Numbered from the stretch's first letter, positions 17,325 to 26,385 are shown. The stretch is 37,468 bases of DNA from a virus (IMGVR_UViG_3300017774_002464:1-37468); one strand, 5' to 3'. Translations and numbers: made by a program. The notes: generated by a model not told the origin, from the sequence alone.

Positions 17325-17383
17325 CCGCTCCAACAGCGGGCCAAACCTCAGGCAGAGGTGACAGCCGGGAGAGACCGGCACCA
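17325..17383 (+). ncRNA. candidate C4-like phage small RNA
   Basis: Three hairpins ending GTGACA-GCCGG-GAGAGA-CCGGC-ACCA. Confidence 0.4.
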
Positions 17384-17391
17384 AAAAATAT

Positions 17392-17787
17392 ATGAGTGAA
17401 ATAAATTCAAAATTCGCGATCGAGTTCAGCGCGAAGCAGCAGGAGGCTTTCTTAATCAATTGCACAAACGGCTGGTGGAGTGATCGAGCTGACATCGCAG
17501 AAGCATGCGTGACCAGTGGGGTCGATTACAATCCACACCTTGCAATCGAGTTGATTGGACTGATTCACACTGAGCTTTCCGAAGCCGTGGAGGCCGCCAG
17601 GAAGCATCCAATTGAGTCGTGGAGCGACTACAGAACTAAAGACACGATGGTCCGCGAGCTGGCTGGATGCGTCGTCAGGATTATGGACATGGCTGAAAAC
17701 TTCGGACTGCCAGTCGGCAAAGCCATCGAAGCTGAGATCGAAGCCAACCGAGGACGCGGGCATATGCATGGAGGAAAAAAAGCATGA
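17392..17787 (+). CDS. MazG-like NTP pyrophosphohydrolase
   Basis: LIHTELSEAVEAARK...ELA.C..RI.D...N..R..MHGGK. Confidence 0.75.
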   Translation: MSEINSKFAIEFSAKQQEAFLINCTNGWWSDRADIAEACVTSGVDYNPHLAIELIGLIHTELSEAVEAARKHPIESWSDYRTKDTMVRELAGCVVRIMDMAENFGLPVGKAIEAEIEANRGRGHMHGGKKA

Positions 17788-18005
17788 GCACACCAAACGA
17801 CGGCGGGCCAGCGTTTCCAGAAACGCGATGGGACGACAAAACGCGGCAGGAAGTACAGTGGTGCGGCATGACGCTCCGCGACTGGTTTGCAGGGCAGGCG
17901 TTAAATGGTTTGCTTTCAGATCCAAACACCAACGGAAAGCCTAATCAATTCGCAGATGACGCGTATCGGTACGCCGACGCCATGCTGAAAGCGAGGGGAC
18001 AATGA
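17784..18005 (+). CDS. conserved phage hypothetical protein
   Basis: DGGPAFP...GMTLRDWFAGQAL...AY.YADAML.AR. Confidence 0.8.
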   Translation: MSTPNDGGPAFPETRWDDKTRQEVQWCGMTLRDWFAGQALNGLLSDPNTNGKPNQFADDAYRYADAMLKARGQ

Positions 18006-18820
18006 TCACCCACGGCGAAGGCATCTTTCTCGACATGTCTGAATCGGACTATCGCGCAGCGCCAGGAGTCAACGTTTCGGCGCTTAAATCAATGCGCCTT
18101 TCACCCGCGCATTACAAGCACGCCCGAGAGGAGCAGGAGGACAAGCAGAACGCGGCGATAATCGTCGGCACACTCGTCCACCGTGCGAAGCTGGAACCGG
18201 ATAGGCTTTGCTACGCGGTGCGGCCTGCAATGTTCGACTCATGGCGCACGAAGGCGTCACAGGAGTGGCGCGATGCGCAGACATTGCCCGTCGTCACGCC
18301 CGAGGAAGAGCAGGACGTCCTGCGATGCTCTGACGCTCTCGGCAAGCTCGACTTGCTAACCGAAGCGGCGGCACGCGGAAACGCGGAAGTGAAGTGCTTT
18401 AAACGTCACAAGCGAACAGGCTTGATGCTCAAAGGCGCGGCGGATCTTGTGTTCACCGACGACAACGGCGTGACGTGGATCATCGACCTGAAAACAGTCC
18501 CGGCCGAGGGGGCTTGCAAGGATGCGTTCTCGCGGAAAATTGCGGACCTAAATTACCACATGCAGGCGGCTTTCTATGCCGACCTGTTCGAGACAACCAA
18601 CTTCATATTTGTCGCGGTTGAGAAGAAAGGTTTCCCAGGCGTCGCGGCTTATCAGTTGGATCAGGAGAGCATGGAAGTTGGTCGCAGGACTAACGAAGCG
18701 TTGCTGGCTCAACTCAGTCGATGCTTTAAAGACGACCAGTGGGATGGGTACGATTCAGGAGTTCAAACCATCAAGTTGCCAGGCTGGAAAATCAAACAAG
18801 ACGGTAGCGACATCCAATGA
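18002..18820 (+). CDS. RecE/exonuclease VIII-like PD-(D/E)xK nuclease
   Basis: S.LK....SPAHY, GT.VH...LEP, IIDLKT, YHMQAAFY, FIFVAVEK. Confidence 0.85.
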   Translation: MITHGEGIFLDMSESDYRAAPGVNVSALKSMRLSPAHYKHAREEQEDKQNAAIIVGTLVHRAKLEPDRLCYAVRPAMFDSWRTKASQEWRDAQTLPVVTPEEEQDVLRCSDALGKLDLLTEAAARGNAEVKCFKRHKRTGLMLKGAADLVFTDDNGVTWIIDLKTVPAEGACKDAFSRKIADLNYHMQAAFYADLFETTNFIFVAVEKKGFPGVAAYQLDQESMEVGRRTNEALLAQLSRCFKDDQWDGYDSGVQTIKLPGWKIKQDGSDIQ

Positions 18821-19038
18821 AGACCAAGCAAAAATCACGAGCCTGTTATCCACCAAAGCGCACGGCGTGCCTGTGCGGCCGACCCGGCTACACGCTGCGC
18901 AACGGGTGGATTTGCAAACTCTGCAACGACATCGAGAATCGCAATGCACGCACGCTTGCGCGCCGGAATGGGCGAGAGCCGAGTCCCAACGACAAGTATG
19001 CCGCGACGTTCAAAATGTGTCTGGGGGTGACTGTATGA
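18817..19038 (+). CDS. small Zn-finger-like protein
   Basis: CLCG...WICKLC; ATGA overlaps on both sides. Confidence 0.6.
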   Translation: MKTKQKSRACYPPKRTACLCGRPGYTLRNGWICKLCNDIENRNARTLARRNGREPSPNDKYAATFKMCLGVTV

Positions 19039-19436
19039 GCGCCAAGCAACAACTGAAAACCGCACGCCGCAAAGCAAAAGGCAGTCGACTTGAAGCCAAG
19101 TTTGCGCTCATCTGGAAAGCACTCGGGGGGCCGTCGCTGGAGCGTGAAGTAAAGTTCTGTTCCACTAGGGAATGGAGATCAGACTTTGCCCACCTGCCGT
19201 CAAAGACAATGATTGAGATCGAAGGTGGCACATGGAGTGGCGGGCGCCATACGCGAGGCTCTGGATATTCCCGTGATTGTGAAAAGTACAACGCCGCTTT
19301 AAGTTTTGGCTGGTGCGTCTACAGGCTCACGAGCGACATGATTACAATTAAGCACATTGAACCCATCATTGAGTCAATTATGGGGCCGAATTGGAAGAAC
19401 GAAAAAACCAAGTACAGGAAGGAGATTGAAGGATGA
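19035..19436 (+). CDS. Vsr/DUF559-like endonuclease (possible resolvase)
   Basis: E.KF...R.WR.DFA...IEIEGG.W..GRHTRG.GY..DCEKYN.A...GW. Confidence 0.8.
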   Translation: MSAKQQLKTARRKAKGSRLEAKFALIWKALGGPSLEREVKFCSTREWRSDFAHLPSKTMIEIEGGTWSGGRHTRGSGYSRDCEKYNAALSFGWCVYRLTSDMITIKHIEPIIESIMGPNWKNEKTKYRKEIEG

Positions 19437-19852
19437 AAATCACGATTGGGGAATGGAAAACGCGGGATGGGCGGAAGGCGGTTGTTGCGGCGGAGAACGA
19501 TTCAGCGGATGAGTATATGCAGATGGTTGGATGGATTGAATCATTCGCTTTCTCTTGGTCGAAAACGGGGCGGCACCGAGATACTGGCGAGTCGATTTTG
19601 GACCTCATCGCCACATGGACCGACCCCGTTCCGTGGGATTGGTCAACCACGCCGCCGTGGATCAATTGGATCGCGATGGATAGAGATGGAGATTGGGTCA
19701 TGTACATTGAAGAGCCGGAGACAATAGACGACATGTGGGCGTCTAGTAAGGCGGGTGAATCTGGAATATACATCCCGCGAACTCACGCGCCAAAATGGAA
19801 CGGAAGTTGGCATTTATCTAAGACTCAAAGGCCGAAGGAGGCTACCAAGTGA
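19433..19852 (+). CDS. hypothetical protein
   Basis: KTRDGRKA.V start and P.WINWIAMD.DG.W motif; coupled start. Confidence 0.7.
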   Translation: MKITIGEWKTRDGRKAVVAAENDSADEYMQMVGWIESFAFSWSKTGRHRDTGESILDLIATWTDPVPWDWSTTPPWINWIAMDRDGDWVMYIEEPETIDDMWASSKAGESGIYIPRTHAPKWNGSWHLSKTQRPKEATK

Positions 19853-20130
19853 AACCTGACATCTGCGCCAACCGGCACGGCGGTAACGCTGAGTCCGTAG
19901 CGGCGAATAGGGGGACGAATAAGGGTTGGGATAGGGTCAGAATACTTGGAGCATTAAGCCTGTTTACAGACGCCACCTGCGAAGAAGTCGAGGATTTTAC
20001 GGGAATGTGCCATCAAACCTGTTCCGCCCGCTTTGCAGACCTCAAAAAGGCCGGACTCATCGAACCAACAACGCGCCGCAAGACGCGCTCGGGACGCTGG
20101 GCCATGGCTTGGAGAAAGGTGAAGAGATGA
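19849..20130 (+). CDS. winged-helix DNA-binding protein
   Basis: ATCEEVE...GM.HQTCSARF.DL...GLI.....RKTRSGR.A..W. Confidence 0.7.
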   Translation: MKPDICANRHGGNAESVAANRGTNKGWDRVRILGALSLFTDATCEEVEDFTGMCHQTCSARFADLKKAGLIEPTTRRKTRSGRWAMAWRKVKR

Positions 20131-20528
20131 AATGCCCAAAGTGCGGGAGTGAAGAAATTGCTAGATACGGAAAGCGAGTTCATTTTCAGTGCGGATCTTA
20201 CGGAATAGGTGGGGAAGTCGACGGATCTTTTTACACGTCGGATCATTGCGCTTATATTCGCGAGATTGCCGATTTAAGAACAGAACGCGACGCACTGCAA
20301 GCCCGAGTCTCAGAGCTTGAATCCGAAGCTGAAGCCAACGCATGGAAGTATAATCCTGCTATGGCTGAGGCGAAAATGGAGCAGGACGCGAAACGGATAG
20401 ACGAACTGCAAGCCCGCGTGAAGAGGTTGGAGGAGGCTGGGGATAGAATGGCGGAAACTCTTAATAGCGAAGGATGGGAAAGTGTTGGGCAGGAAATGTG
20501 GAACAAAGCCAAGGAGTCAAAGCCATGA
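20127..20528 (+). CDS. Zn-ribbon + coiled-coil hypothetical protein
   Basis: MKCPKCG...FQCGS; repeated LQARV..LE. Confidence 0.7.
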   Translation: MKCPKCGSEEIARYGKRVHFQCGSYGIGGEVDGSFYTSDHCAYIREIADLRTERDALQARVSELESEAEANAWKYNPAMAEAKMEQDAKRIDELQARVKRLEEAGDRMAETLNSEGWESVGQEMWNKAKESKP

Positions 20529-20782
20529 CCACCACCGAAAGACTCTGCGCGCTTCTTCACGAGCGACATGCGAAAGGATTGGAGAAATACGGAACCACCC
20601 TCGACCGCGACGACATGACGCCGTGTCAATGGGCACAACACGCAATCGAAGAGATGCTCGATGGCGCTGGGTATCTTATGCGGTTGAAAGACGAACTTTC
20701 AAAGATGCGCAAGGAAATCGAAACCTTGCGCGCAGAAAACCGGGAACTCAGAAACATCATCGCACATGACCGAGAAACTTGA
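20525..20782 (+). CDS. conserved phage protein
   Basis: R..KGLEKYGTTLDRDD....W.QHA.EE.LD.A.Y. Confidence 0.75.
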   Translation: MTTTERLCALLHERHAKGLEKYGTTLDRDDMTPCQWAQHAIEEMLDGAGYLMRLKDELSKMRKEIETLRAENRELRNIIAHDRET

Positions 20783-20987
20783 ATTCGATTGGCACTGGTT
20801 CAATCGATGGAGAAAGCGGGACAGGCGGGCGCGAAGTCGATTTTACGCGAGCCATGTTAAAAGCAGTCCGCAGTTAAAGAGTAAGAGATGGGTAGCGGTG
20901 AAGATCGAACAACAATCAGACATGCGCGCAGTAATGCGAAACAGATTCAAACACTACAGAAGCAAACAACGAACCGAAAACAAATGA
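20766..20987 (+). CDS. basic hypothetical protein
   Basis: 73 aa filling the operon. Confidence 0.5.
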   Translation: MTEKLEFDWHWFNRWRKRDRRARSRFYASHVKSSPQLKSKRWVAVKIEQQSDMRAVMRNRFKHYRSKQRTENK

Positions 20988-21289
20988 CAGATAAGAAAAT
21001 CAACGAGAAGGTGGCCGCGCTGTGCGGCTGGAAATGGAGCAAGAAACATGCGTGGTGGATGCGTGATAGAGTCGTCACGACCAATCCGCCCTACACTGAG
21101 TCTCTCGACATGTGCCAGGATTTCATGAAGGAGATTCACGGCGGCGACAGGAACGACTTCGTGGAGATTGCGAGAACATTGGAACGACTCGACACTCTGT
21201 ACGATTTCGAGTTCCAATGGGCGTTTATGACGCTTGCAGCGCGTGAGCTTTGCGAGTGCTACTTGAAACTGAAAGGGCAATGGGAATGA
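20984..21289 (+). CDS. hypothetical protein (NinX-like start)
   Basis: MTDKKINEKVAALCGW...P.Y..SLD. Confidence 0.65.
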   Translation: MTDKKINEKVAALCGWKWSKKHAWWMRDRVVTTNPPYTESLDMCQDFMKEIHGGDRNDFVEIARTLERLDTLYDFEFQWAFMTLAARELCECYLKLKGQWE

Positions 21290-21489
21290 AAACTGAGATT
21301 CCGAAAGAGGACGGGTGGTATTGGATCAGGCGGCCGTGCAGGATAACGACCGTTGCCAGACTTTACACTGACGGATACGGTTGGTTGATTTACGTCGTAA
21401 ACCCAAACGATATGGTGATTTTGGAAATTCACCGCACACACGAAACGCTCGAAGGCGCGACATTTACCAAGATCGAGGTGCCAAGATGA
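21286..21489 (+). CDS. hypothetical protein
   Basis: MKTEIPKEDGWYW; ATGA coupling. Confidence 0.65.
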   Translation: MKTEIPKEDGWYWIRRPCRITTVARLYTDGYGWLIYVVNPNDMVILEIHRTHETLEGATFTKIEVPR

Positions 21490-21674
21490 AAACTGAAACG
21501 ATTGAATGGTTCACGCCGGAGGAGAAGTTGCCAAAGCACAAGCAACCGCTATTGCTGAAGCATACGTGGGGGGTTGAACCGGGTTACTACAGCGAGCAGT
21601 ACAAAGAGTGGTTCGGAGGTAAAATGGACGCGACTCCATTGTATTGGGCCTATGAACCGAAAGGGCCACAATGA
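21486..21674 (+). CDS. DUF551-like protein
   Basis: IEW..PEEKLP...V.PGYY...W...YWA..PKGP. Confidence 0.65.
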   Translation: MKTETIEWFTPEEKLPKHKQPLLLKHTWGVEPGYYSEQYKEWFGGKMDATPLYWAYEPKGPQ

Positions 21675-21802
21675 ACGACAAGCAGTGGACAGACTGGATC
21701 GTGAAGCAATCAAAGCCGCGCAAAACAAAGCGGCGCTCCATCGGCAAACTCTGCCGAATCGTCGACGGGAAATTAATCGTGCGGTCAATTGTGAAAGGAT
21801 GA
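21671..21802 (+). CDS. small basic protein (not in ORF track)
   Basis: 43 aa MNDKQWTDWIVKQ..., ATGA overlaps at both ends. Confidence 0.55.
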   Translation: MNDKQWTDWIVKQSKPRKTKRRSIGKLCRIVDGKLIVRSIVKG

Positions 21803-22032
21803 CCATGGAAAACCTACACCTAAAACTCACTGAAAAAGAGATCGAGTTGTTCCAAGCGATGGCGCAAGGCGAGACGGTGAAGACCTACGCAGCGCTTGCA
21901 AATCGCAGTTACCACACTATGACAACGTACAGGCAGCGGGTGTTTAGAAAACTCGGCGCTGTCACGTCATGCCAAGCCGTGGCAATGCTAGTCACGGCTG
22001 GTGTAATTTCGGTCGGCAAACAAACAACGTAA
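21799..22032 (+). CDS. LuxR/GerE-type HTH regulator
   Basis: LTEKEIELFQAMAQGET.K..A....RS..T..TY..RVFRKLG. Confidence 0.8.
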   Translation: MTMENLHLKLTEKEIELFQAMAQGETVKTYAALANRSYHTMTTYRQRVFRKLGAVTSCQAVAMLVTAGVISVGKQTT

Positions 22033-22039
22033 GGAAAAA

Positions 22040-22516
22040 ATGAGAGACTACTACATCACAGAGATCATCGAAGGATTGACGGACAACGAGCACAAGTCGC
22101 TAGTTTCGGTCGCGGCAATCAACCTCTCGACGGATGAGCATTACTTCAAAGCGTTCAAGCGAATTGGAGAACACATTGCGCGCCAACTCGGCTTTGGATT
22201 TTATGCTCAACCATCGATTGGCTACAGCGACTTGATCGCGGCGCTAGAGAAGCACCAACAGCAGCCGACGTGCTTCAAAATGGACCGGCAATGCGTTATC
22301 TATATCCTGCGCGCACTAGAGGACGAAAGCGACGCGGCCGCTTGCGAAGCTATTAAGTGCCTTATGCCGCTTTTCGGAAACGGCAGGCTGGATAATGAAT
22401 CCGAATTCGCCTCATACTGCGCTCACGCATTCAACGCAACACTCACAGAATATGGACAAGCCAACACCACCGACCTGCCGGAAGTCGAACCATCCAACGC
22501 GAGCGCAGCACTGTGA
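22040..22516 (+). CDS. hypothetical protein
   Basis: 158 aa, AAGGA SD. Confidence 0.7.
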   Translation: MRDYYITEIIEGLTDNEHKSLVSVAAINLSTDEHYFKAFKRIGEHIARQLGFGFYAQPSIGYSDLIAALEKHQQQPTCFKMDRQCVIYILRALEDESDAAACEAIKCLMPLFGNGRLDNESEFASYCAHAFNATLTEYGQANTTDLPEVEPSNASAAL

Positions 22517-22721
22517 CGATTGCGGTGGAGAGCTTGAATGGGAGCGATGCGGAATCTGCTTAGGCCTTGGCACTGTTCCTTGCGTTTGGAATGAAGTTCG
22601 AGAAACCAACTGCATAGAATGCCAAGGAAAAGGCGGCTGGTTCTGCCACGTCGCGCAGGTTGAAGCACACCGCGAAGCCATGAAAAAATACACGTTGCCA
22701 CCAGGAACACCGGCGGCATAG
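22452..22721 (+). CDS. DnaJ-type Zn-finger small protein
   Basis: CDDCGG, CGICLGLG, CIECQGKG; start uncertain, overlaps previous gene. Confidence 0.6.
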   Translation: MDKPTPPTCRKSNHPTRAQHCDDCGGELEWERCGICLGLGTVPCVWNEVRETNCIECQGKGGWFCHVAQVEAHREAMKKYTLPPGTPAA

Positions 22722-22730
22722 TTGAGCAAA

Positions 22731-22871
22731 CGGGAGTGAGATCCCGAGAAACGCACAGTTATGAACCAACAGAATACCCAGACCAACTACTCGCGGAGGG
22801 AACTTATAGGCGCAACGCCTAGCTGTGCTCCCTATCTCACCCGTGGGTGGTTGGTTTGGGTCTTTTGATTT
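22731..22871 (+). promoter_or_regulatory. structured leader with uORF and possible pseudoknot
   Basis: Hairpin loop GTGAGAT complementary to ATCTCAC inside a 21-bp stem; 35-aa uORF 22761-22868. Confidence 0.6.
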
Positions 22872-23330
22872 ATGAACTACTCCGAAAAACTCAAAGACCC
22901 ACGGTGGCAGAGGAAGAGGCTGGAAATAATGCAGCGCGATGGTTTTAAGTGTCGCGACTGCGGATCAGTTCAAAACACGCTTCATGTCCACCATTGCGGT
23001 TACAGGGGAAAAGCGCCTTGGGAAACTCCTTTGGAATTACTAATCACAGTCTGCGAAAGGTGCCATACGCTTCGGCAGTGTATGGAAAGCGAGGCACGCT
23101 TAACGCTTGAAGAGTGGCTTGCGGAATCTTCGATAAGCGACATAGCAGAAGTGAATATAGCAAGTTGTTACGATTCCGACTATGAATCGTCCATACGTTG
23201 GTTTCTTTACGCGCAAAGCCATCCTGATTGCAGGAAGTACTACGAGGAAGTAACCGGCATTAAACCGAAGTGGGACGCTCTTAAACAAATCCAGGCTGAC
23301 AAAAATGAGAATCCGATCCATAAAGCCTGA
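22872..23330 (+). CDS. HNH endonuclease-like protein
   Basis: YSEKLKDPRWQRKRLEIMQRD.F.C..CG.....LHVHH..Y...PW...L.T.C..CH. Confidence 0.85.
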   Translation: MNYSEKLKDPRWQRKRLEIMQRDGFKCRDCGSVQNTLHVHHCGYRGKAPWETPLELLITVCERCHTLRQCMESEARLTLEEWLAESSISDIAEVNIASCYDSDYESSIRWFLYAQSHPDCRKYYEEVTGIKPKWDALKQIQADKNENPIHKA

Positions 23331-24045
23331 GTTTTGGGAGTCTGAAAGCCTAGGATCCGTCTCTCGCGAAGCCCGTCTCCTCTTCGTTGGACTCTTTACT
23401 TGCTGCGACGATTCGGGGAGGACTCGCGCATCCTCGCGACTCCTCGCGAGCCGTCTTTTCCCTTACGACAACGACGCCGTGAAGCTTTTGCCGAAGTGGT
23501 TGGACGAATTGAGAGCAAAAGGGTGCGTTAGGCTGTACCAAGTTGACGGTGAATCCTACTTGGATATTCCCAAGTGGTTGACACACCAGAAGATAGACAA
23601 GCCTTCCGCATCCAAGCTCCCGGAGTTTCGCGAGGATTCGCGAGGATTCGAGAAAAATAGCCTTGGAACAGGGAACAGGGAAGGGGAACAGGGAAAAGGA
23701 ACAGGGAACAGGGAAGGTGGAGAGGCTTCGCCTGTTGTCGTTGATTTGGAAACCGAGTGGATCCTTGATCATGGGATAGCGATTGCTGAGCCGCTGCGCA
23801 CCCGCCAGTGCGTCCAATCCGCTAGGGAGTGGTTGGACTACAAGAAAGAAACAAAATCGCCCTACAAGGCTATTGGGCTCAGGAACGCTGTGGCTTTGTG
23901 GGCGAAGGAATTCACGCCTGAAAATTTCCCGAGCGCGGTGCAGCACAGCATGGCCAACGGTTACAAGGGACTGTTCAAGCCGGATCAAAATCAAAAGCAA
24001 CCCCGCCTCTTCGGCACATCCACCCCCGATGACTCAGGATTCTGA
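23305..24045 (+). CDS. phage replication initiator
   Basis: MRIRSIKPEFW...ARLLF.GL....DD.GR...HQKIDKPS; internal iteron-like repeats; C-terminal S.ANGY.GLF. Confidence 0.8.
   Translation: MRIRSIKPEFWESESLGSVSREARLLFVGLFTCCDDSGRTRASSRLLASRLFPYDNDAVKLLPKWLDELRAKGCVRLYQVDGESYLDIPKWLTHQKIDKPSASKLPEFREDSRGFEKNSLGTGNREGEQGKGTGNREGGEASPVVVDLETEWILDHGIAIAEPLRTRQCVQSAREWLDYKKETKSPYKAIGLRNAVALWAKEFTPENFPSAVQHSMANGYKGLFKPDQNQKQPRLFGTSTPDDSGF
23430..23718. repeat. putative replication origin iterons
   Basis: 20-bp inverted repeat 23430-23449 / 23628-23647 (19/20) and five GGAACAGGG copies 23665-23713. Confidence 0.65.
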
Positions 24046-24046
24046 T

Positions 24047-24802
24047 ATGGACACCCAGGACGAAATGCACAAAGCGCCCGCAACCTGCGAATCGTGCAGA
24101 GTCGGATTCATGGCGGCGGTCGTGTTCTCGCCATTCGATGCTGCCAAGGAGCTATTCCGACAACGGCGGTGCAGCCTGTGCATCGAGACTCACAACCGGA
24201 ACGCGGCGGCTGAATCGGAGTTGCACCGACAATCATTCAACAGCAACAAGACGAGGTCGGATTGGGAACTAATCTGCCCGGCTGAGTTTAGACTGTTTTC
24301 CGAAGGAGGAAACACTGACCTTCCAAGGCTGGCGATGGATGTGCCGAAACTGCCGACGATTACAATGCATCCGCTTGGAAATCGTGGATTGATCATCCGG
24401 GGCGGAACCGGCGCAGGAAAAACCCGCTCGATGTATCGCCTTTTCCGCGTGTACTTCGACAAGGTGCCACGCCCGAGGCTGATCGCGCTTAGCTCTGGCC
24501 AGTTCGACCGCCAAGCCAGGGACGCGGCTGGAACCTTCACGCTCTCGCAATGGTTCGACCGGCTCGCCAAGTGCGATGCCCTATTTATCGACGACATTGG
24601 AAAGGGCAAGTGGACGCCCGCCACGGCTTCACAATTCTGGGAGCTTGTCGACGAACGAACGAAAAACCGGAAACCGATTTTCCTGACAACCAACCTGAAC
24701 GGTGAAACACTTGTTGCATCGCTTGGCTTAGATCGGGATATTGCGGAGCCGCTTTTGCGGCGAATCCGCGAAAACTGCGACGTGGTGGTACTGAATAAAT
24801 AG
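24047..24802 (+). CDS. DnaC/IstB-like AAA+ helicase loader
   Basis: GLIIRGGTGAGKT Walker A, LFIDDIGK Walker B, ELVDER...P..LTTN, RRIRE. Confidence 0.85.
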   Translation: MDTQDEMHKAPATCESCRVGFMAAVVFSPFDAAKELFRQRRCSLCIETHNRNAAAESELHRQSFNSNKTRSDWELICPAEFRLFSEGGNTDLPRLAMDVPKLPTITMHPLGNRGLIIRGGTGAGKTRSMYRLFRVYFDKVPRPRLIALSSGQFDRQARDAAGTFTLSQWFDRLAKCDALFIDDIGKGKWTPATASQFWELVDERTKNRKPIFLTTNLNGETLVASLGLDRDIAEPLLRRIRENCDVVVLNK

Positions 24803-24809
24803 AAAGTGA

Positions 24810-25031
24810 TTGCATATGGGAATAAGCAAAAGGAATAAGCGTAGCGGGAAAGTGCATGCAGCTAGAGTCGGGACTTTTTTGTATAGGGACGACCCGCAAC
24901 AAACACCAGATCGCGCAATGCAACGCAACGAACCAATCTGCGACATGTGCGGCGCGAAAACATCAATGCTCCGCGTCCACGCAGGCGGCTTGGTTTGCTG
25001 GACGTGCAAGGCTTCAACGATCAAGGATTGA
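24810..25031 (+). CDS. small Zn-ribbon protein
   Basis: CDMCG...VCWTC. Confidence 0.5.
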   Translation: MHMGISKRNKRSGKVHAARVGTFLYRDDPQQTPDRAMQRNEPICDMCGAKTSMLRVHAGGLVCWTCKASTIKD

Positions 25032-25032
25032 T

Positions 25033-25671
25033 ATGCCAGACCACTACAAAACCGACCTGCTCGACCTCCGCCGCATGGACTGCATGGACCTAATTCGCGA
25101 GTTTCCAGACAAGCACTTCGATTTGGCGATCGTGGATCCGCCTTATGGGATTGGTGATGCGTTAGTTGCTGGCGGAACTTGGTCGGTGAAGTATCAAAAG
25201 AAAGGCGCAGCGTGGGACGTGAAGCCAAGCCGTGAGTATTTTAATGAACTGTTTCGAGTGTCGAAAGATTGGATCATTTTTGGAGGAAACTATTTCACCG
25301 AGCACATACCAGCTTCGCGATGCTTCTTTGTCTGGCATAAGCCTTACATGGCCGGAATGTCTACAATGTCCAATTGTGAACTAGCTTTGACCAGCTTTGA
25401 CAGAAACGCTATTTGCCATTCAGTGAACAGAGAAAGCGTGGACAGAATCCACGTTTGCCAAAAGCCGACATCGCTTTATAAGCGAGTGTTGACGGAGTTT
25501 GCGCAACCCGGCCAACACATCCTAGACACCCACCTTGGAAGCGGTTCAATCGCCATCGCCTGCCATTACTTCGGCGCGCATCTTACGGGCAGTGAACTCG
25601 ACCAGGATTACTTCAACGCCATGTGCGAGCGAATCCAACGCGAGACGCGCCAAACCACGTTAGACCTGTGA
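25033..25671 (+). CDS. N4/N6 DNA methyltransferase (beta class)
   Basis: DCM....FPDKHFDLAIVDPPYG, RIH..QKP, ILDTHLGSGS. Confidence 0.9.
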   Translation: MPDHYKTDLLDLRRMDCMDLIREFPDKHFDLAIVDPPYGIGDALVAGGTWSVKYQKKGAAWDVKPSREYFNELFRVSKDWIIFGGNYFTEHIPASRCFFVWHKPYMAGMSTMSNCELALTSFDRNAICHSVNRESVDRIHVCQKPTSLYKRVLTEFAQPGQHILDTHLGSGSIAIACHYFGAHLTGSELDQDYFNAMCERIQRETRQTTLDL

Positions 25672-25676
25672 AACCC

Positions 25677-25811
25677 ATGTGGACCAAGATCGCTATCTTG
25701 CTAATCGGCGCGCTCATCGGGCGCGCAACGTCCCCGCTGGCTTTGAACATCAAGTTCACCCACGAATTTTTAGTCACACCAAAACAACGAACAGCAGCAC
25801 AACCAAAATGA
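25677..25811 (+). CDS. small membrane/secreted peptide
   Basis: MWTKIAILLIGALIG; ATGA overlap with ssb. Confidence 0.45.
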   Translation: MWTKIAILLIGALIGRATSPLALNIKFTHEFLVTPKQRTAAQPK

Positions 25812-26155
25812 TCAATCGAGTCACATTCCAAGGCTACCTCGGCGGAGAACCGCATTTAACAAAGACCGACGGCGGGCAGTCCGTTTGCAACGTCAAAGTC
25901 GCCAACACCGTCAAGTGGAAGAACGACGAGGGCGAACTGAAAGAGAAAACGACATGGGCCACGCTCGCGTTCTTTGGGCACGGCGCGGAGACGTTCTTCC
26001 AGCATCATCACAAGGGCGACTTGTGCCTTGTAGAAGGCCGCCTATCGACTGACAATTGGATCCACAAAGAGACGGGAGAGCGTCGCGAGAAAATGAAGAT
26101 CGTCGTCGAGAACTGGCATTTCACCGCCAAGAAAAACCAACAACAACCAGAATGA
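25808..26155 (+). CDS. ssb: single-stranded DNA-binding protein without acidic tail
   Basis: MINRVTFQGYLG..P...KTTW.....FG..AE.....KG....VEGRL...W. Confidence 0.85.
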   Translation: MINRVTFQGYLGGEPHLTKTDGGQSVCNVKVANTVKWKNDEGELKEKTTWATLAFFGHGAETFFQHHHKGDLCLVEGRLSTDNWIHKETGERREKMKIVVENWHFTAKKNQQQPE

Positions 26156-26385
26156 GCGACACGCCAATCACAGACAAAAACACTTGGACAACAGTTGACG
26201 GAAACCTTAGAGGCGTGCATTCGGAAGACGAAGCCGATCTTAATGTTCCTGTCAGTGTTGCTAGAAAACTTGAACGCGAGCTAAATGCTGCCAAGGCTGA
26301 CGCTGCATCATGGCGAGAACAGGCCGAGCGATTCGGCCAGCAACTTCTGGAAGCAAACGAACGACTCAAACTGTTACTAAAATGA
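26152..26385 (+). CDS. conserved phage hypothetical protein
   Basis: MSDTP.TD...V...ARKLERELN. Confidence 0.7.
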   Translation: MSDTPITDKNTWTTVDGNLRGVHSEDEADLNVPVSVARKLERELNAAKADAASWREQAERFGQQLLEANERLKLLLK

